From contig NC_057721.1 in assembly GCF_004010195.1 (NCBI RefSeq), positions 68,812,386 to 68,876,385 of the forward strand: a stretch of 64,000 bases of DNA, read 5' to 3'. The first letter of the stretch is position 1; the number at the start of each line of letters is the position of its first letter. Under the pieces are notes generated by a model, which saw nothing but the letters and a program-made list of their open reading frames with translations, was not told the origin of the DNA and did not search any database. The position numbers and the translations under genes are program-made. This document shows positions 12,650-25,885 of the stretch, one piece after another. The stretch comes from Chiloscyllium plagiosum. Taxonomy: Eukaryota.

Positions 12650-15600
12650 CTAATCCACGTTCCCGCCTATTCCTTACTTATCAAGAATCTAACCAGCTCT
12701 ACCATAAAATATTCAAAGACTCGACTTCCACTGCTTCTTCAGTGAGAGAGTTCCAAACACTCACAACCATCTGAGAGAAAAATAAAATCACATTATAATA
12801 CCATAAGATATCAGAGCAGAATCAACCCATTTGGCCTATGGAATCTTCTTCACTATTCGATCATGGCTGATATGTTTCTCAGTCCCATTCTCCTGCCTTC
12901 TGTTGGTAACCCCCTAGGTCCTCTTACCAATCAAGAACCTAATCAAAAGAAGTGTGAATGCTGGAAATCAGAAACAGAAACAGAAATTTCCAGAGATCTG
13001 TGGAAAAAAGTTCTGACAAAGGCTCACTGAACCCGAAGCATTAACTCTCCCTTCTCTCCATGGATGCTGCCAGAGCTGTGGAGTTTTTCCAGAAATTTCT
13101 GCTTTTGTAATTAAGGACCTATCTATCTCTGTCTTAAATACATTCAATGACTTGGCCTCCACAACCCTGTGTAGCGATGATTTCCACAGATTCACTAGCC
13201 TCTGGCTGAAGAAATTCCTTCTCAACTCAGTTCTAAAGGATCGTCCCTTCACTCTGAGGCTATACCCTAGGTTCCTAGTCTCTCCTGCTAGTGAAAACAT
13301 CTTCTACACATTCACTCAAACCAGGCCTTTCTATATTCTTGTAGTTTCACTCAGATCCACCACATCCTTCTAATCCCCATCGGGTGCAGTCTCAGAGTCC
13401 TCAACCACTCTTCATATGGCAAGCTCTTCTTCCCCAGAATTGTTCTTGTAAAGCTCCTCTGAACCCCCTCCCAATGCAAACACATTCTTCCTTAGCCACG
13501 GGGCCCAAAACTGCTCACAGTATTCCAAATGCATTCTGACCAGAGCCTTATACAACCTCAGCAGTATATCTCATACTCTAGCCCTCTTGAGATTAATGCT
13601 AACATTACATTTGCATTCCCAACTGCCAACTGAACCTGCATGTTGACCTTAAGAGAATCCTGAACTAGAGCTCCCAATTCTCTTTCTGCTTCAAATTTCT
13701 GAATCCTTTCCCTGTTTAGATAATACTCTATGCTTCTATTCTTTCTATCAAAGTGTATAACCTCACACTTTGCCACACTGTTTTCCAGCTGCCACTTCTT
13801 TGCCACTCTCCTGGCCTGTCCAAGTCCTCCTGCCAGCTCCCGGCTTCTGCTACACTACCTGTTGCTCCATCTATCTTTAGTGTCATCTGCAAACATAGCA
13901 ACAATGCCCTCAGTTCCTTTGTCTATATCGTCAGTGTGTAACATAAATAGCTGTAGTCACGAAACTGACCCCTGCGGAACTCCACCAGTCACCGGCAGCC
14001 AACCAAAAGAAGACCCTTTCATTCTCATTCTCTGTGTTCTGCCAGTCAGCCAATCCTCATTCAATATCAATACCTTGCACTAATACCTCCAATCTTATCT
14101 TATTTAGCAGCCTCCTGAACAGCACCTTCTCAAAGGCCTTTTGAAAATCCAAAAAGATCAAATCTACTGATTTCCTTTGTCTAACTTGCTCATTTCCTCC
14201 TCAAAGAATTTTAACAGATTTGTCAGGCATGACTTCTCCTTGACAAGGCTGTGCTGACTCAGCCTTATTTTACCACACACTTCCAAGTGTCCCACTATCC
14301 CATCCTTCTTAAATTTTTACCAAATAACAAAGTCAGGCGAACAAGTATATTTTCCCTTTCTTCTGCATCCCTCCTTTCTTAAACAGCGGTGTTACATTTG
14401 CTATTTTTCAGTTCTCTGGGACCCATACTCCAGGGATTCCTGAAAGATCACCACCAATGATTCCACAATTTCCTGAGCTATCTCCTTCAGAACTCTGGGG
14501 TGTAGTCCATCTGGTTCTTCTGTGTGATTTATCCACCTTAAACCTTTCAGCTTTTCCAACACCTTCTCCTTAGTGATGGCCACTGAACTCACCTCTGTCC
14601 CCAACTCTCTTGAAGTTCTAATATGCTGTTGATGTCTTCCACTGTGAAAATTGATGCAAAGTACCTATCGAGTTCCTCCATCATTTCTTTGTTTCCCATT
14701 ACTACTTTTCTAGCCTCATTTTCCAAGGGTCCAATGTCCACTTTTATCTCTCTCTTATCTGTTAGATATCTAAAAAAAACTTGCAATCTTCTTTTATATT
14801 ACTATATTCCATTTTCTCCCTGCATATTGCTTTTTTTAGTTATCCTCTACTTGTTTTTAAAGGTTTCCCAATCCTCTGGCTTTCCACTAATCTTCACCAC
14901 ATTGTATGCATTTTTTCTTTGGCTTTTATGCTGTCTTGACTTCCATTGTTAGCGATTGTTACCTCATTCTTCCCTTAGTATATTTCTTCTTCCTTGAGAT
15001 AAATGTCTGCTGTGCTTCCTAGAAATTCTGTAATCTCTATTTTAAATGAGTGATACCTTGTTTTTAAACAGTAACCACTAGTTTCATATTCTCCCATAAG
15101 AGGAAGCATTCTCTCCACATTTTCCCTGTCAAGATCCCTCCCTCAGAATTTTATAAGTCTCACCCAAGTCACCTTTTCCTCCCTGAATTCCAGCAGATAC
15201 AAGCCTAGCCTATTCACTCTTTCCTCATAAGCTAACCCACCTACTTCAGATATTGTTTGGTAAACCTTCACTGACCTACTTCCAACACATTTACATCTCT
15301 TACTAAATAAAATCAATATTGTCCATAGTATTCCAGATGTGATCTCACCTGCCTTATTTTCATATTCAGCTCCCCTCACAATAAACCATATTATTCTACA
15401 GCTTTCGTAATTATTTGCTGTACCACCATATTAAATTTTTGCAGTTACACTAGGATGCCAATATCGTATGATCCTCAGAGCTTTGCAATAGAGTATTTCA
15501 TATTCTCCCACATTATATTCTATTTGCCACTTATTTGCTCACACACTCAACTTCTCTATATCTTTTTGTAACCTCCTTACATCCAATTCACAACTTACTT

Positions 15601-16575
15601 TCCCATCCTTCCATCTAAGTTATTTGTATACATTTTAAGCAGTTGAGGTTCCATCTCTGATATTTGTGGTCTATCCATGTGTCATTTGCCGGTGTGAGAA
15701 AGATCCATTTATTCAGCTTCCTTTTAGCCAGCCAATTGTTTATGCATGCCAACATGCTACTCTCCATACCGTGAGCTTTTACAATGATAACTTTTGATAT
15801 GGCACCTTATCAAATGCCTTCTGAAAATCTAACGGTGATACCTTTACTGGTTCCCCCTTATTTATTGAACATGTTACTTCCTCAAAGAATTCAAACAGGA
15901 ACAGAAAATATCAGAACGAGTGTGTCATTTCATCTTTCAAGCCTGCTCAACCATTCAATTTGTTCATGGCTGATCATCCAACCCTGTCGTTTGTTTCCAC
16001 TTTTCTCCCATATTCTTTGAACCCTTTAGTCCCAAGTACTGTATCCAACTCCTTCTTGAAGTAATACAATGTTTTGACCTCAATTGTTTGTGCAGTAGTG
16101 AATTCCACAGACTTACTACTCTCTGGAAGAAATTTCTCCTCATCTCAATCTTAAGCGGTTTACTCCATATCCTTAGTCTGTGACCCCTAGTTCTGGAATC
16201 CTCTACCATTAGGAACATCCTTCCTGAGCTTCCCTGCCTAGCCCTGTTAGAAGTTTATAGGTTTCTGTGAGATCCCCCTCATTCTTCTGAACTCCAATGA
16301 ATATGATACTAATTGATTCAACCGCTCCTCATATGTCAATCCCACCATCCCAGGAACCTGTCTGGTAAACCTTCGGTACATTCCCTTGGTAGAAGGACAT
16401 CCTACCACAGGAAAGGAGGCATGAGCTATACACAATATTCCAGACGTGATCTCACCAGGCCCTGTATAATTGCAGCAAAACTCTATCTACTTAAACATGA
16501 TCTTCCTTTTACAAAACTTTGTTACCTCTGCTTCATTGCATTGAACTTATCAAACCTCTTTAACAATAACTTCCC
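12650..16575 (-). mobile_element. Cluster of nested CR1 fragments, with a Penelope-derived insert at ~12945-13107
   Basis: Several CR1 ORF2 pieces: GETRNLGYSLRVKG..RRNFFSQR, KCEVIHFDRKN, PDGLHPRVLKEIA, ELDRYFASIFTVED, TRGHRLRI..RRNFFQRVV. Confidence 0.88.
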
Positions 16576-16576
16576 A

Positions 16577-17210
16577 TACAGGAGGATATAGACAGACTGG
16601 AGAGTTGGGCGGAAAAGTGGCAGAGGGATTTCAATCCAGACAAATGTGAGGTGATACATTTAGGCAAGACTAATTCTAGAGCAAATTATACAATGAACAG
16701 AAGAGCCTTGGGAAAAGTTGATGGGCAGAGAGATCTGGGAGGGCAGGTCCGCTGTACCCTGAAGGTTGCTGCACAGATGCATAGAGTGGTCAAGAAGGCA
16801 TATAGTATGCTTGCCTTCATTGGATGGAGTATTGAGTATAAGAGCTGGCAAGTCATGTTAACATTGCACAAGACATTGGTTCGGCCGCATGTAGAATATT
16901 GTGTACAGTTCTGGTCACCACATTACCAAAAGGATGTGGACACTTTGGAGAGGGTGTAAGAGGGATACACGCAGCAAGTACTTCACACAGAGGGTGGTGG
17001 GCATTTGGAACGCGTTGCTAGCAGAGGTGGTAGAGGCAGGCACAGTAGATTCATTTAAGATGCATCTGGACAAATGCATGAGTAGGTGGGGAGTAGAGGG
17101 ATACAGATGGTTAGGAATTGACAGGTTTAGACAGTACTTTTGGATCAGCTCAGGCTTGGAAGACTGAAGGGCCTGTTCCTGGGCTGTAAATTTTCTTTGT
17201 TCTTTGTTCT
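16577..17210 (+). mobile_element. Younger CR1 3' fragment with internal deletion, nested in an older minus-strand CR1 (16490-17630)
   Basis: LVRPHVEYCVQFWSPHYQKDVDTLERV followed abruptly by YFTQRVVGIWNAL. (TTCTTTG)n tail. Confidence 0.88.
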
Positions 17211-17630
17211 TTCCCTGTGAAAGGTGTTCGCTGGTTTGTTGACTTGCAGTTTCCTGCTTTCTGTCTCCTTCCCGTTTTGAAAATAAGAGTGACATTCCAC
17301 AAATCTAGGAAGCTTTGGAAAATTAAAACCAATGCATCAACTATGTCACGAGTTACTACTTCTAAGATCCGGGGATGACGTCCATCAGGACCCAAGCACT
17401 TGTCAGCACACAGCTCCAATAATTCATACATTTATACTCCAGCAAATACAGTACCCTATATTTGCTCAGGATCACTTCCCTGCTGATTGTAATTTTTATG
17501 ATGGTCTCCTTCCCTTCCATTTCCTGCTTTATAGCTGCATCTGGTCTCTTGCTTGCATTCTCTACAATGAAGAGCGATATAAGATCCTGTTCAATTTATC
17601 TGCCAACTCTTTATTTTCCATTGCCCAGCT
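17210..17630 (-). mobile_element. CR1 RT fragment
   Basis: DKCLGPDGRHPRILE...IFQSFLD..NVTLIFK.GR.QKAGN motifs. Confidence 0.8.
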
Positions 17631-17827
17631 GCCATGTGATGCAACTGATAGTTGCTACATTGTGGCACCTCATCACCTCAGTGGGTGAAGGGGAGGGTTG
17701 TGTCTCAATCAAAGACAACCAGGGCTCAGTTGAGGATCAGTCGACAGAAGGTGCTCACTGAAGACACGTCTTATTCCCCCTTTCCTTGCAACCTCTACCC
17801 CAAGAAGCTTCACCACACTATATCAAT

Positions 17828-18130
17828 TGGGCGGCACAGTGGTTAGCACTGCTGCCTCACAGCGCCAGGGACCCGGGTTCAATTCCGCCTCAGGCAACTG
17901 TCTGTATGGAGTTTGCACATTCTCCCTGTGTCTGCGTGGGTTTCCTCTGGGTGCTCCAGTTTCCTCCCACAGTCTAAAAATGTGCAGGTTAGGTGAATTG
18001 GCCATACTAAATTGCCCATAGTTTTAGGTGTAGGGGAATGGATCTGGGTGGGTTGCTCTTCGGAGGGTCGGTGTGAATTTGTTGGGCCGAAGGGCGTGTT
18101 TCCACACTGTAAGTAATCTAATCTAATCTA
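17828..18130 (+). mobile_element. HE1 V-SINE, full length
   Basis: GGGCGGCACAGTGGTTAGCACTGCTGCCTCACAGCGCCAGGGACCCGGGTTCAATTCC head with A/B boxes, V-domain, and (TAATC)n tail. Confidence 0.93.
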
Positions 18131-20074
18131 AAAATGTGTCCTGGTTCCTTTATGATCCTGGAATGCTGGGGACGTAGTTCTGACTGTTGCCACTGCCTCC
18201 TTGGGTGGCGCTGCTCCACACGAGAGATGTTGGTCTCTGTTTCGCTGGCAGCTCTTGGTTGCCTCTCCTCGTGTCCCAATCATAGGGCAAGGTCCACCAA
18301 CAGCAAGTGATTGGAATGAAAGAGGGCACATGGGTTTCCTTCCAAATGGTACCCATGACCCAGACTCTGGTGTACCCTCAGTTTGTGAAAGAGACAAAAT
18401 AAATTTTCTTCTTTAGCAAGTCAAATGCACTTTACATTTGTATCTGCTCGACAGACAGAAAATTCAAACTTTTTAAAATAAGGGTTGAATATTGTGTATT
18501 CCTTTTGCAATGTTGAAGAGGTCGACTGGATAAATCTGCCAGGGATTTCAGCAACATTTACAAAGAGTTGACATCAAGTGATGCTGCCTATTGAGGTATT
18601 AATAAAATGCAAGTTGTAAGCTGAAACAAATTGGAAAAGATCATTAGAGTCTATCCATGCTTTGTCATTTGCAGCTACTGTCACATCAATAGTCTCATTA
18701 AGAGCCATCACTTTAATCTCCAAATTGAAACTGTTGAGAAGCAACGAAGAGAAGAACACCAATTAAAAATTTCAATAGCATTACTTTCAATGCATGATCA
18801 ATTCAGACAAGAAGCACAGCTAGTTTTGTTTTTTGTGTGCAGCTGCACAAATGCAAAATGTATTTGCATAACAACGCCACCAAGACTATTGCCAATCTTT
18901 CCCATGCCAAGGAAATCTCTCAGAATGCATTGCAAGACTTTATAGCACAGCACATTGGCATGGAAACTGTTACTTGCTGGAACACTCAATCTGGCATCAG
19001 TTTTAGTGGAGTTTTAAGGAATGAAGCCTAGCAGGGTGCGAGATGAGAAATGTTTGGCAAAACTAACAGTTGGACACTTAATGTGCTGATTTAACTATTC
19101 CCCCATGCATCATTTTAATAGTTGTTCTTAATCCATTTAAAATAAATGGATTTACATCTCTGTTAAACCAATAGGCTGTGGGCATAAAGTAGTGAGTTAC
19201 AAATTTTTATTGCTTTCAATACTTTCTATGTTTTCAGCATGAACTGCATCATCTTAGAGGTATATATTACACCAAATATGGGGCTAGAAGTTGATAGTAT
19301 GTAAACCACTCTATTAAGCCCTATCTCTGCTATTTTTGACCAACACTAGAGTTACCTTTCCGTTATTGGATTGAAGAGTGCAAGAAATAATTAATGAGAT
19401 GATTCAACCGATATTGGTAGACAGTCATGACATCATTACCTTTGCCTGAAAACGACTTTGGTTACAACAGATAACACTGTTTCAGAGTAAATTCACAGCT
19501 TAGCCAAATGGAGTGTGGGTCAGCTTTCAGATGTTATCGATAATTGCACACTGATATTTCATACTTTTATCTACAGACTATCTTTGTGATAATCAATAAA
19601 ACCAGGATAATGATAAAGTGAAACTGCTCTTTTCCTCTGCTCTATTACTGGTTGATTCTAGGAGTAGTTGGTAGAACCTTCTTACATTCCTTTGAAATAG
19701 TGACATTGCAATATTTACAGGCTTGGAAGCCAATGCCAAGGTTTCATGTCATGACCAATAAATATGATTGAAATTGCACAGCTCCCTGAATATTGCATTG
19801 GGAGTGGCAGCCTAGATTTTTGTGCATGACAGGATTAGAAGGAGATCCCAAATTCTTTTAAAACCAGAGACAGAAGATATTTCAGTGCTTGCTGCATTTA
19901 TCATCAGTCCCAGTAGTTTGCCACATTGGTCAGGATTAAATTATATTTGCTGGCAATTGAAAATGAAATGAAAAAGATTGAACTCTTCAAAGAATCAATG
20001 CGATATAGAGTCAGAGGTATCTGTAGAAACCTTAATCCCATGCTTTGTACATTGACATCTTGTCCAATTTAGAT

Positions 20075-21186
20075 TTAATAAAGTTAGGTCACATGGAATT
20101 CAAAGTGAGTTTGTCAATTAGATACAAGATTTACTTAATGGCAGGAGAGTAGTGGAGGGTTGTTTTTCAGATCAGAGGCCTGCTACTAGCGTAGTTCCAC
20201 AGGGATCACTGCTCGATGCTATTTTGTTTATCATTTATATAAATGATGTAGATGAGAATATAGAAGGGATTAGTAAGTTTGCGGATGGTACCAAAATTGG
20301 TGGTATACTGGGTGGTGAAGAAGGTTATCTAAGACTACAAAGAAATCTTAGTCAATTGGGTCAATGGGCTGAGGAGTGGCAGATGGAGTTTAATTTGGAT
20401 AAGTGCAAAGTATTACATTTTTGTAAAACAAACAAGGGCAGGACTTATACAATTACAAAAAGGGCCTTGGGTTGTGCTGCAGAACACAGTGACCCAGGGG
20501 TTCCGGTACATAATTCTTTGAAGTTTGCATCACATGTAGTCAGGATGGTTAAGAAGGTGCATGCCTTCATTGCTCTGACCTTTCAAGATAGGAGTTGGAA
20601 CATCACGCTGAGGTTGTACAGAATGTTGATGAGGCCCCTTCTGGAGTATTGGATCCAGTTCTGGTTGCCCTGTTATAAGAAGGACATTATTAAGCTGGAG
20701 AGAGTTCAGAAGAGACTTGCATGGATGTTTCTAGGAATGGAGTGTTTGAGTTATCAGGAAAGGCTGGATAGGTGAGAACTTTTTTCATTGATCACAGGAG
20801 GCTAAGGGGTGACCTTATACAGATTTATCAAATCATGAGGGGTATGGGTAAGGTGAGTGGTAGGTGCCTTTTCCCTAGGGTGGGGGATTTCAAGTGTAGG
20901 GGGCATATTTTCAAGGGGAGAGGAGAGAGATTTACAAGAGACATGAGGGGTAATTTTTATACACACAAAGTGGTTTATGTGTAGAATAAACTTCCTGAGG
21001 AAGTCGTGGATGAGGGGACAGTTAAAACAGTTAAAAGACATTTGAATAAGTGAATGAATAGGAAATGTCTAGAGGGAAATAGGCGAAGCGCAGGCAGGTG
21101 GGACTCATTTAGTTTGGGAATATAGTCGGCATGGTGACTGTTTGGACCGAAGTGTCTGTTTCTGTGCTGTAAGACTCTATGACTAT
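20075..21186 (+). mobile_element. CR1 LINE RT plus 3' end (207-aa residual ORF)
   Basis: VPQGSLL...FIIYINDVD...SKFADGTKIGG...WQMEFNLDKCKVLHF...RPLLEYWIQFW, then a CTATGACT tail. Confidence 0.93.
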
Positions 21187-21220
21187 GTTACATCACTTGC
21201 CCTTCAACAGGTCAATAGAG

Positions 21221-21794
21221 CTGAAAAATGTGTTGCTGGAAAAGTGCAGCAGGTCAGGCAGCATCCAAGGAGCAGGATAAGCCCTTCTTCAGGAATGAGG
21301 AAGGTGTACCAAGCAGGCTAAGATAAAAGGTAGGGAGGAGGGACTTGGGGGAGGGGTGTTGGGAATGCGATAGGTGGAAGGAGGTTAAGGTGAGGGTGAT
21401 AGGCCGGAGAGGGGGTGGGGGCGGAGAGGTCGGGAAGAAGATTGCAGGTCAAGAAGGCGGTGCTGAGTCCGAGGGTTGGGACTGAGATAAGGTGGGGGGA
21501 GGGGAAATGAGGAAGCTGGAGAAATCTGCATTTCTCCCGACCTCTCTGCCCCCACCTCCTCTCCGGCCTATCACCCTCACCTTAACCTATCGCATTCCCA
21601 ATGCCCCTCCCCCAAGTCCCTCCTCCCTACTTTTTATCTTAGCCTGCTTGGCACACCCTCCTCATTCCTGAAGAAGGGCTTATGCCCGAAACGTCAATTC
21701 TCCTGCTCCTTGGATGGTTCCTGACCTGCTGCGCTTCTCCAGCAACACATTTTTCAGCTCTGATCGCCAGCATCTGCAGTCCTCTCTTTCTCCT
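21221..21794. mobile_element. Inverted (fold-back) Penelope pseudo-LTR element with hammerhead
   Basis: G-rich left arm is the reverse complement of the C-rich right arm. 15-bp TSD AACAGGTCAATAGAG at 21206-21220 and 21795-21809. Confidence 0.85.
21664..21699 (+). ncRNA. Minimal hammerhead ribozyme motif
   Basis: ATTC-CTGAAGA-A-GGGC-TTAT-GCCC-GAAA-CGTC-AATT. Core intact; first helix I pair lost, probably by CpG decay. Confidence 0.7.
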
Positions 21795-21884
21795 AACAGG
21801 TCAATAGAGGTTGATTCAGCTGTTGATAGGGTTTGGATTGAAATGCAATCATGTTCAAATGTTATTTCTGGTTTGTCAACATGA

Positions 21885-22620
21885 TGTGCCATGAGGCACA
21901 TTCACTGCAGGCTCCCGTTTTACAGACAATTCAATAAAGACACAATGCAGGCAACAGTCTACTTGCTGCACACATAAGATGGTGTTAAAGTGGAGCTGAG
22001 ATTAAATGTTTGAGAGTTATATCGAAGCACAACTATTAAGAGAGGATAAAAAGATGCTCAGAGCTGCTGCAAGTGAGTAAAACCCACATGAAATACACAG
22101 AAATGTAACAAAGAAAGAGGCCACAGCTACAAGCACTGAATAAAAAACAATGTCTGCAAATGTTCCTGGCACCAGACAAAACGAAAAGCAATATGAATTA
22201 GAACTGGCATAACCACAAGATTGTGACAGATTGAATTAACAGGCTAGAGCATTGGGGAGAGGCTGTTTCAAATTATATCCCACTGTAAACCTCTCTGAAG
22301 AAAAGAATAAAACAGGTACAAAATTTTGGAAGGCTAGAAGGCATACTTTAAACCCAAATTGAACTTAACATATGAATTTTATGCATTTCAAATTAGAGCT
22401 TATGGTGAATTACACAATTGTTACAGTGCAGAAGGAGGCCATTCAGCCCACCTTGTCTGTCACAGTGAAAAAGAGTCAATTGATAGATATGTGAATGCAT
22501 TGGCACAACTGGCAGAATTCATAAAACTGAGTACATGAATGATGATCTCATTAAAAGACAGAATTATCTTAGGTTTATGATGTCTTAAGATGACAATACA
22601 ATTGCTAAGGGATGAAATTA
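21885..22620 (+). mobile_element. Gypsy LTR-retrotransposon relic: LTR end, PBS-like site and decayed gag
   Basis: AATAAA followed by TGGTGTTAAAGTGG (tRNA-Leu PBS-like). Fragments LEAYFKPKLNLTYEFYAF, ESIDRYVNALAQLAE and DDLI.DRIILG resemble Mag-type gag. Confidence 0.6.
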
Positions 22621-22729
22621 CTCTTGGACTCCATGTTTCCCCTCTTAATCAATCCTTTTGGTCTCCTTTGCTGAAATCTAAACTGATGCCAATCCTGTTT
22701 TACTACTTGTTTTGGCCAATTTGAATGTA

Positions 22730-23050
22730 CTTTTATCTGTTCATGGGATGAGAGGCATCACTGGTAATGTTAGCACTAATGGTCCATCCCTAATTATTCA
22801 GAGGCAATGTAGGCCACAATGGGCAAGGATGGCAAAAATGTCCTTCCTTAAAGGGCACCAGTGAACCAGATGGGTTTCATAGCAATCAACAATGGTCGCA
22901 TGATCACCATTAGCTAGACTTTTATTTCAGAGTATATTGAATTCAAATTTTAACATCTGCCAAGGTGGTATTTAAACCCTTGCTCCTAAAAAGTTCACCT
23001 AAGGTTCTGGATTACTAATCTAGTGACATTACCACAATGTCACCAACTCT
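22730..23050 (-). mobile_element. Family-B SINE
   Basis: Reverse complement of the 9263-9620 blocks. Confidence 0.7.
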
Positions 23051-23454
23051 GTATTACTCCTGTTAATTTCCTTAGTTAGCCATGGTCAGGCCAACTTTTC
23101 CATTTTATTTTTCTGCCAGATAGAAATGAACAATTGTTGCAGTTCCTCAGTGCACTTTTTAAATGTTACTACTTATCCACCATGTCCATTTAAGTAATGT
23201 GCCCAATTCATCAAGGTTAGCAAGCTCCTAATACCATTGTAGTTTCCTTTATTTAGATTTAGATCCTATTCTCAGAATCAACAAAGTCAGAAGTCACAAA
23301 TTATAGTCCAACAGGTTTAGTTGAAATCACAAGCTTTCAGAGCGCTGCTCCTGATGAAGTGAGTGTGAGGCAGCAGAGAGATGATTGTGGCTCTTACATT
23401 GGCAGAATAGAGAATACCATTGTCCTTATTCCCGCGCTGCTAGCATTTATCCAG

Positions 23455-23985
23455 ATGGAATTTTGTGAGCAATTTTGGTCCCATATCTAAGGAAGGGTGT
23501 GCAGGCATTTGAGGGGGTCCAGAGGAGGTTTAGGAGAATGATCCCAAGTGCTTGTCATATGAAGACTGATCGGGCTGTACATGATGGAGTTTGGCAGAGT
23601 GAGGGAGGATCTGATTGAAACTTACAGAATAGTGAGAGGACTGGATAGAGTGAATGTGGACAAGATGTTTCCATGAGTAGGAGATACGAGAACCCAAGCC
23701 ACAGCCTCAGGGTAAAGGGATAATGCTTTAGAACTCCACTGAGGAAGAATTTCTTCGGCCAGAGGTGGTGAATCCATGGAACTCAATGCCTTAGAGGGCT
23801 GTGGAGGCCAAGTCGTTGAATTCTTTAAAACAGAAAAATATAGACCCTTGATTAGTAAGAGGATAAAGGGTTATGGGGGAGAGGCACGAGAATGGGATTG
23901 AGAAACGTTTCAGCCATGATTGAATGGTGGAACAGACTTGATGGGCCAAATGGCCTAATTCTGCTCCTATATGTATGGTCTAATG
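23455..23985 (+). mobile_element. CR1 3' end
   Basis: GTGAGCAATTTTGG (QFW), RRNFF.QR region, and the 3' hairpin GATGGGCCAAATGGCCTAATTCTGCTCC. Confidence 0.85.
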
Positions 23986-24829
23986 GCTGAGCCTACACTG
24001 ACCCAGATGGTAACCTTGGCCCGGGCTGGATTGGTTTGTCCTGTGGCCTCTAGTGTTGGTCTTGAGAGAAGAGGAAGTTGTCTTTGCACCAGTCCACCTA
24101 TCAGGATCTCCAGGTACCTGCCCATGCAGTAGGGTTCCAATTTCTCCCTGTCTGCAAAGTCTGGGGCAAACATCAGGAACTATGCAGGACAGCTATCAAG
24201 ATTTTTAATGGGCTTTTAAAGATAACATGGGTGCAAGAGGTGCCAATAAGCTCTGGTATACCCGATGAGTGTTTTATTTTTCTGGGAGTGGTGTACAGCA
24301 ATGTGGGACCAGAATCAGACTTGAGAGACACCACAGGAGTGGGATAAGTAATTAATGTTGTGCATTTGTGTACGTATGATGGACTGTCACTTTAAGAGTT
24401 CCATCATGTCTTGTAACGATGACATCATCAATCATTTTGGGTAGGAAACAGCTTCATCCAACATGGCTGCCCGTTGAGTTAACAGCTCCATAATAAAGCT
24501 TTAGCCTCCCAGTTTTCTTGGAATCTAATAATTAATGTGGCAAGTTTGGTAAGATATAGCAAAGAACCCACAAGACCTCACATGAAAAACCACTGAAAAA
24601 GTTCAAAGCGACATCTTAACCAAGAAACAATAAGATTTGACCCTCTGTATCTATTAAATCCCTTGATCATTTCAAAGGCTTCAGCTGGAATGCTGGACAA
24701 CTGTCTGTACTCGCTTGAATATGAGTTGCTGAACATCAAAGTGAATTTTCCTTTGCAATCTTGATTTTTACATAGCTTTTTTCACAAACACTATTTTGTA
24801 CCAGGTTTGCAGAGAAAACCAACATATAT

Positions 24830-25885
24830 GACAGCTGATGACTAGTGGAGTCCCACAGGGATCAATGTTAGGACTGCAACTATAACACTAACAATCTGAA
24901 CAAAGGAACAAAGGACATTATTGTTAAATTTGCAGTTGACACAAAGACAGGTGGAGGGTTAGCTCGTGTTGAGGAAATTGGAGTCTGTGGAAGGACTTGG
25001 GCAGATTAGGATGGTGGATGAAGAAGTCCCAGCTAGAATACAATATGTGAGGTTCTGCACTTTGGTCAGAAAAATAGAGGCATGGAATATTTTCTCAATG
25101 GCGAAAGCCTCTTGAAATCGGATGCACAAATAAACTTGGGAATCCGAATTCAGGATACTCTTAACATTAACATGTATATTCAGTAGGTGGTGAGAGCGGC
25201 AGTTTTAGCATTCATTTCAAGAAGAATGGAATAGAAGAGCAGGGGTGTGTTACTGAGGCAGTATAAGGCTCTGGTCAGACCACATTTGAAATATTGTGAG
25301 CAGTTTTGGGCCCTGTAACTAAGGAACGATGTGCTGATCCTGGTGAGGTTCCAGAAGAGGTTTACAAAAATAATCCCAGGAGATGAAACGTTTATCATAT
25401 GAAGAGCAGATATGGACTCAACAGGGGTCAGAAGAATGAGAAGAAATCTGATTAAGACTGAGAGAATACTGCGAGGCCTGGAGAGGGTAGATGTGGAGAA
25501 AGGAGGTAAAATTGGATGCTGCCTGAACTACTGTGCTCTTCCAGCACCACTAATCCTAGATGTGGAGAAGATATTTCCACTAGTAGGAGAGACTAGGACC
25601 TGAGAGCACAGCCTTAGTATGAAGAGATGACCCTTTAGAACTGAGAGGAGAAGGAATTTCTTCCACTAGAGGGTGTCTAATCTGTGGAACTCATTGCCAT
25701 AGAGGGCTTTAGAGGCCAAGTCAATTAGTGTATCTCAGAAAGAGATAGGAAGATTCTTGATTGTTAAGGGAATCAAGGGTTGTGGGAGAGTGGGAGTTGA
25801 GAAACATATCACCTATGCTTGAATGATGGAGCAGGCCCAATGGACCAAATGGCCTAATTCTATTCCTATATCTTATGGTCTTAGG
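24830..25885 (+). mobile_element. CR1 RT/3' end with a 56-bp Penelope-derived insert at 25501-25556
   Basis: SGVPQGSMLG, KFAVDTK and RPHLKYCEQFW motifs. The insert is flanked by the TSD TAGATGTGGAGAA (25488-25500 and 25557-25569). Confidence 0.85.

Noticed and set aside
17828-17895. tRNA-like sequence with A/B boxes (also ~9265, 31295, 39105, 54240)
   Set aside because: These are SINE heads continuing into SINE bodies, with no complete cloverleaf.
18430-18735. Minus-strand frame interrupted by a single TGA (selenocysteine-like)
   Set aside because: No recognisable selenoprotein motif or SECIS, and no convincing donor.
20152-20775. 207-aa RT ORF as a possibly active or domesticated gene
   Set aside because: 5'-truncated, catalytic motif reads FADG instead of FADD, and frameshifted at the 3' end: an ordinary dead CR1.
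24380-24480. Motif cluster GTCACTTTAAG, GATGACATCATC, CAACATGGCTGCC (CRE/YY1-like)
   Set aside because: Could equally be a DNA-transposon internal relic; no TSS or exon nearby.
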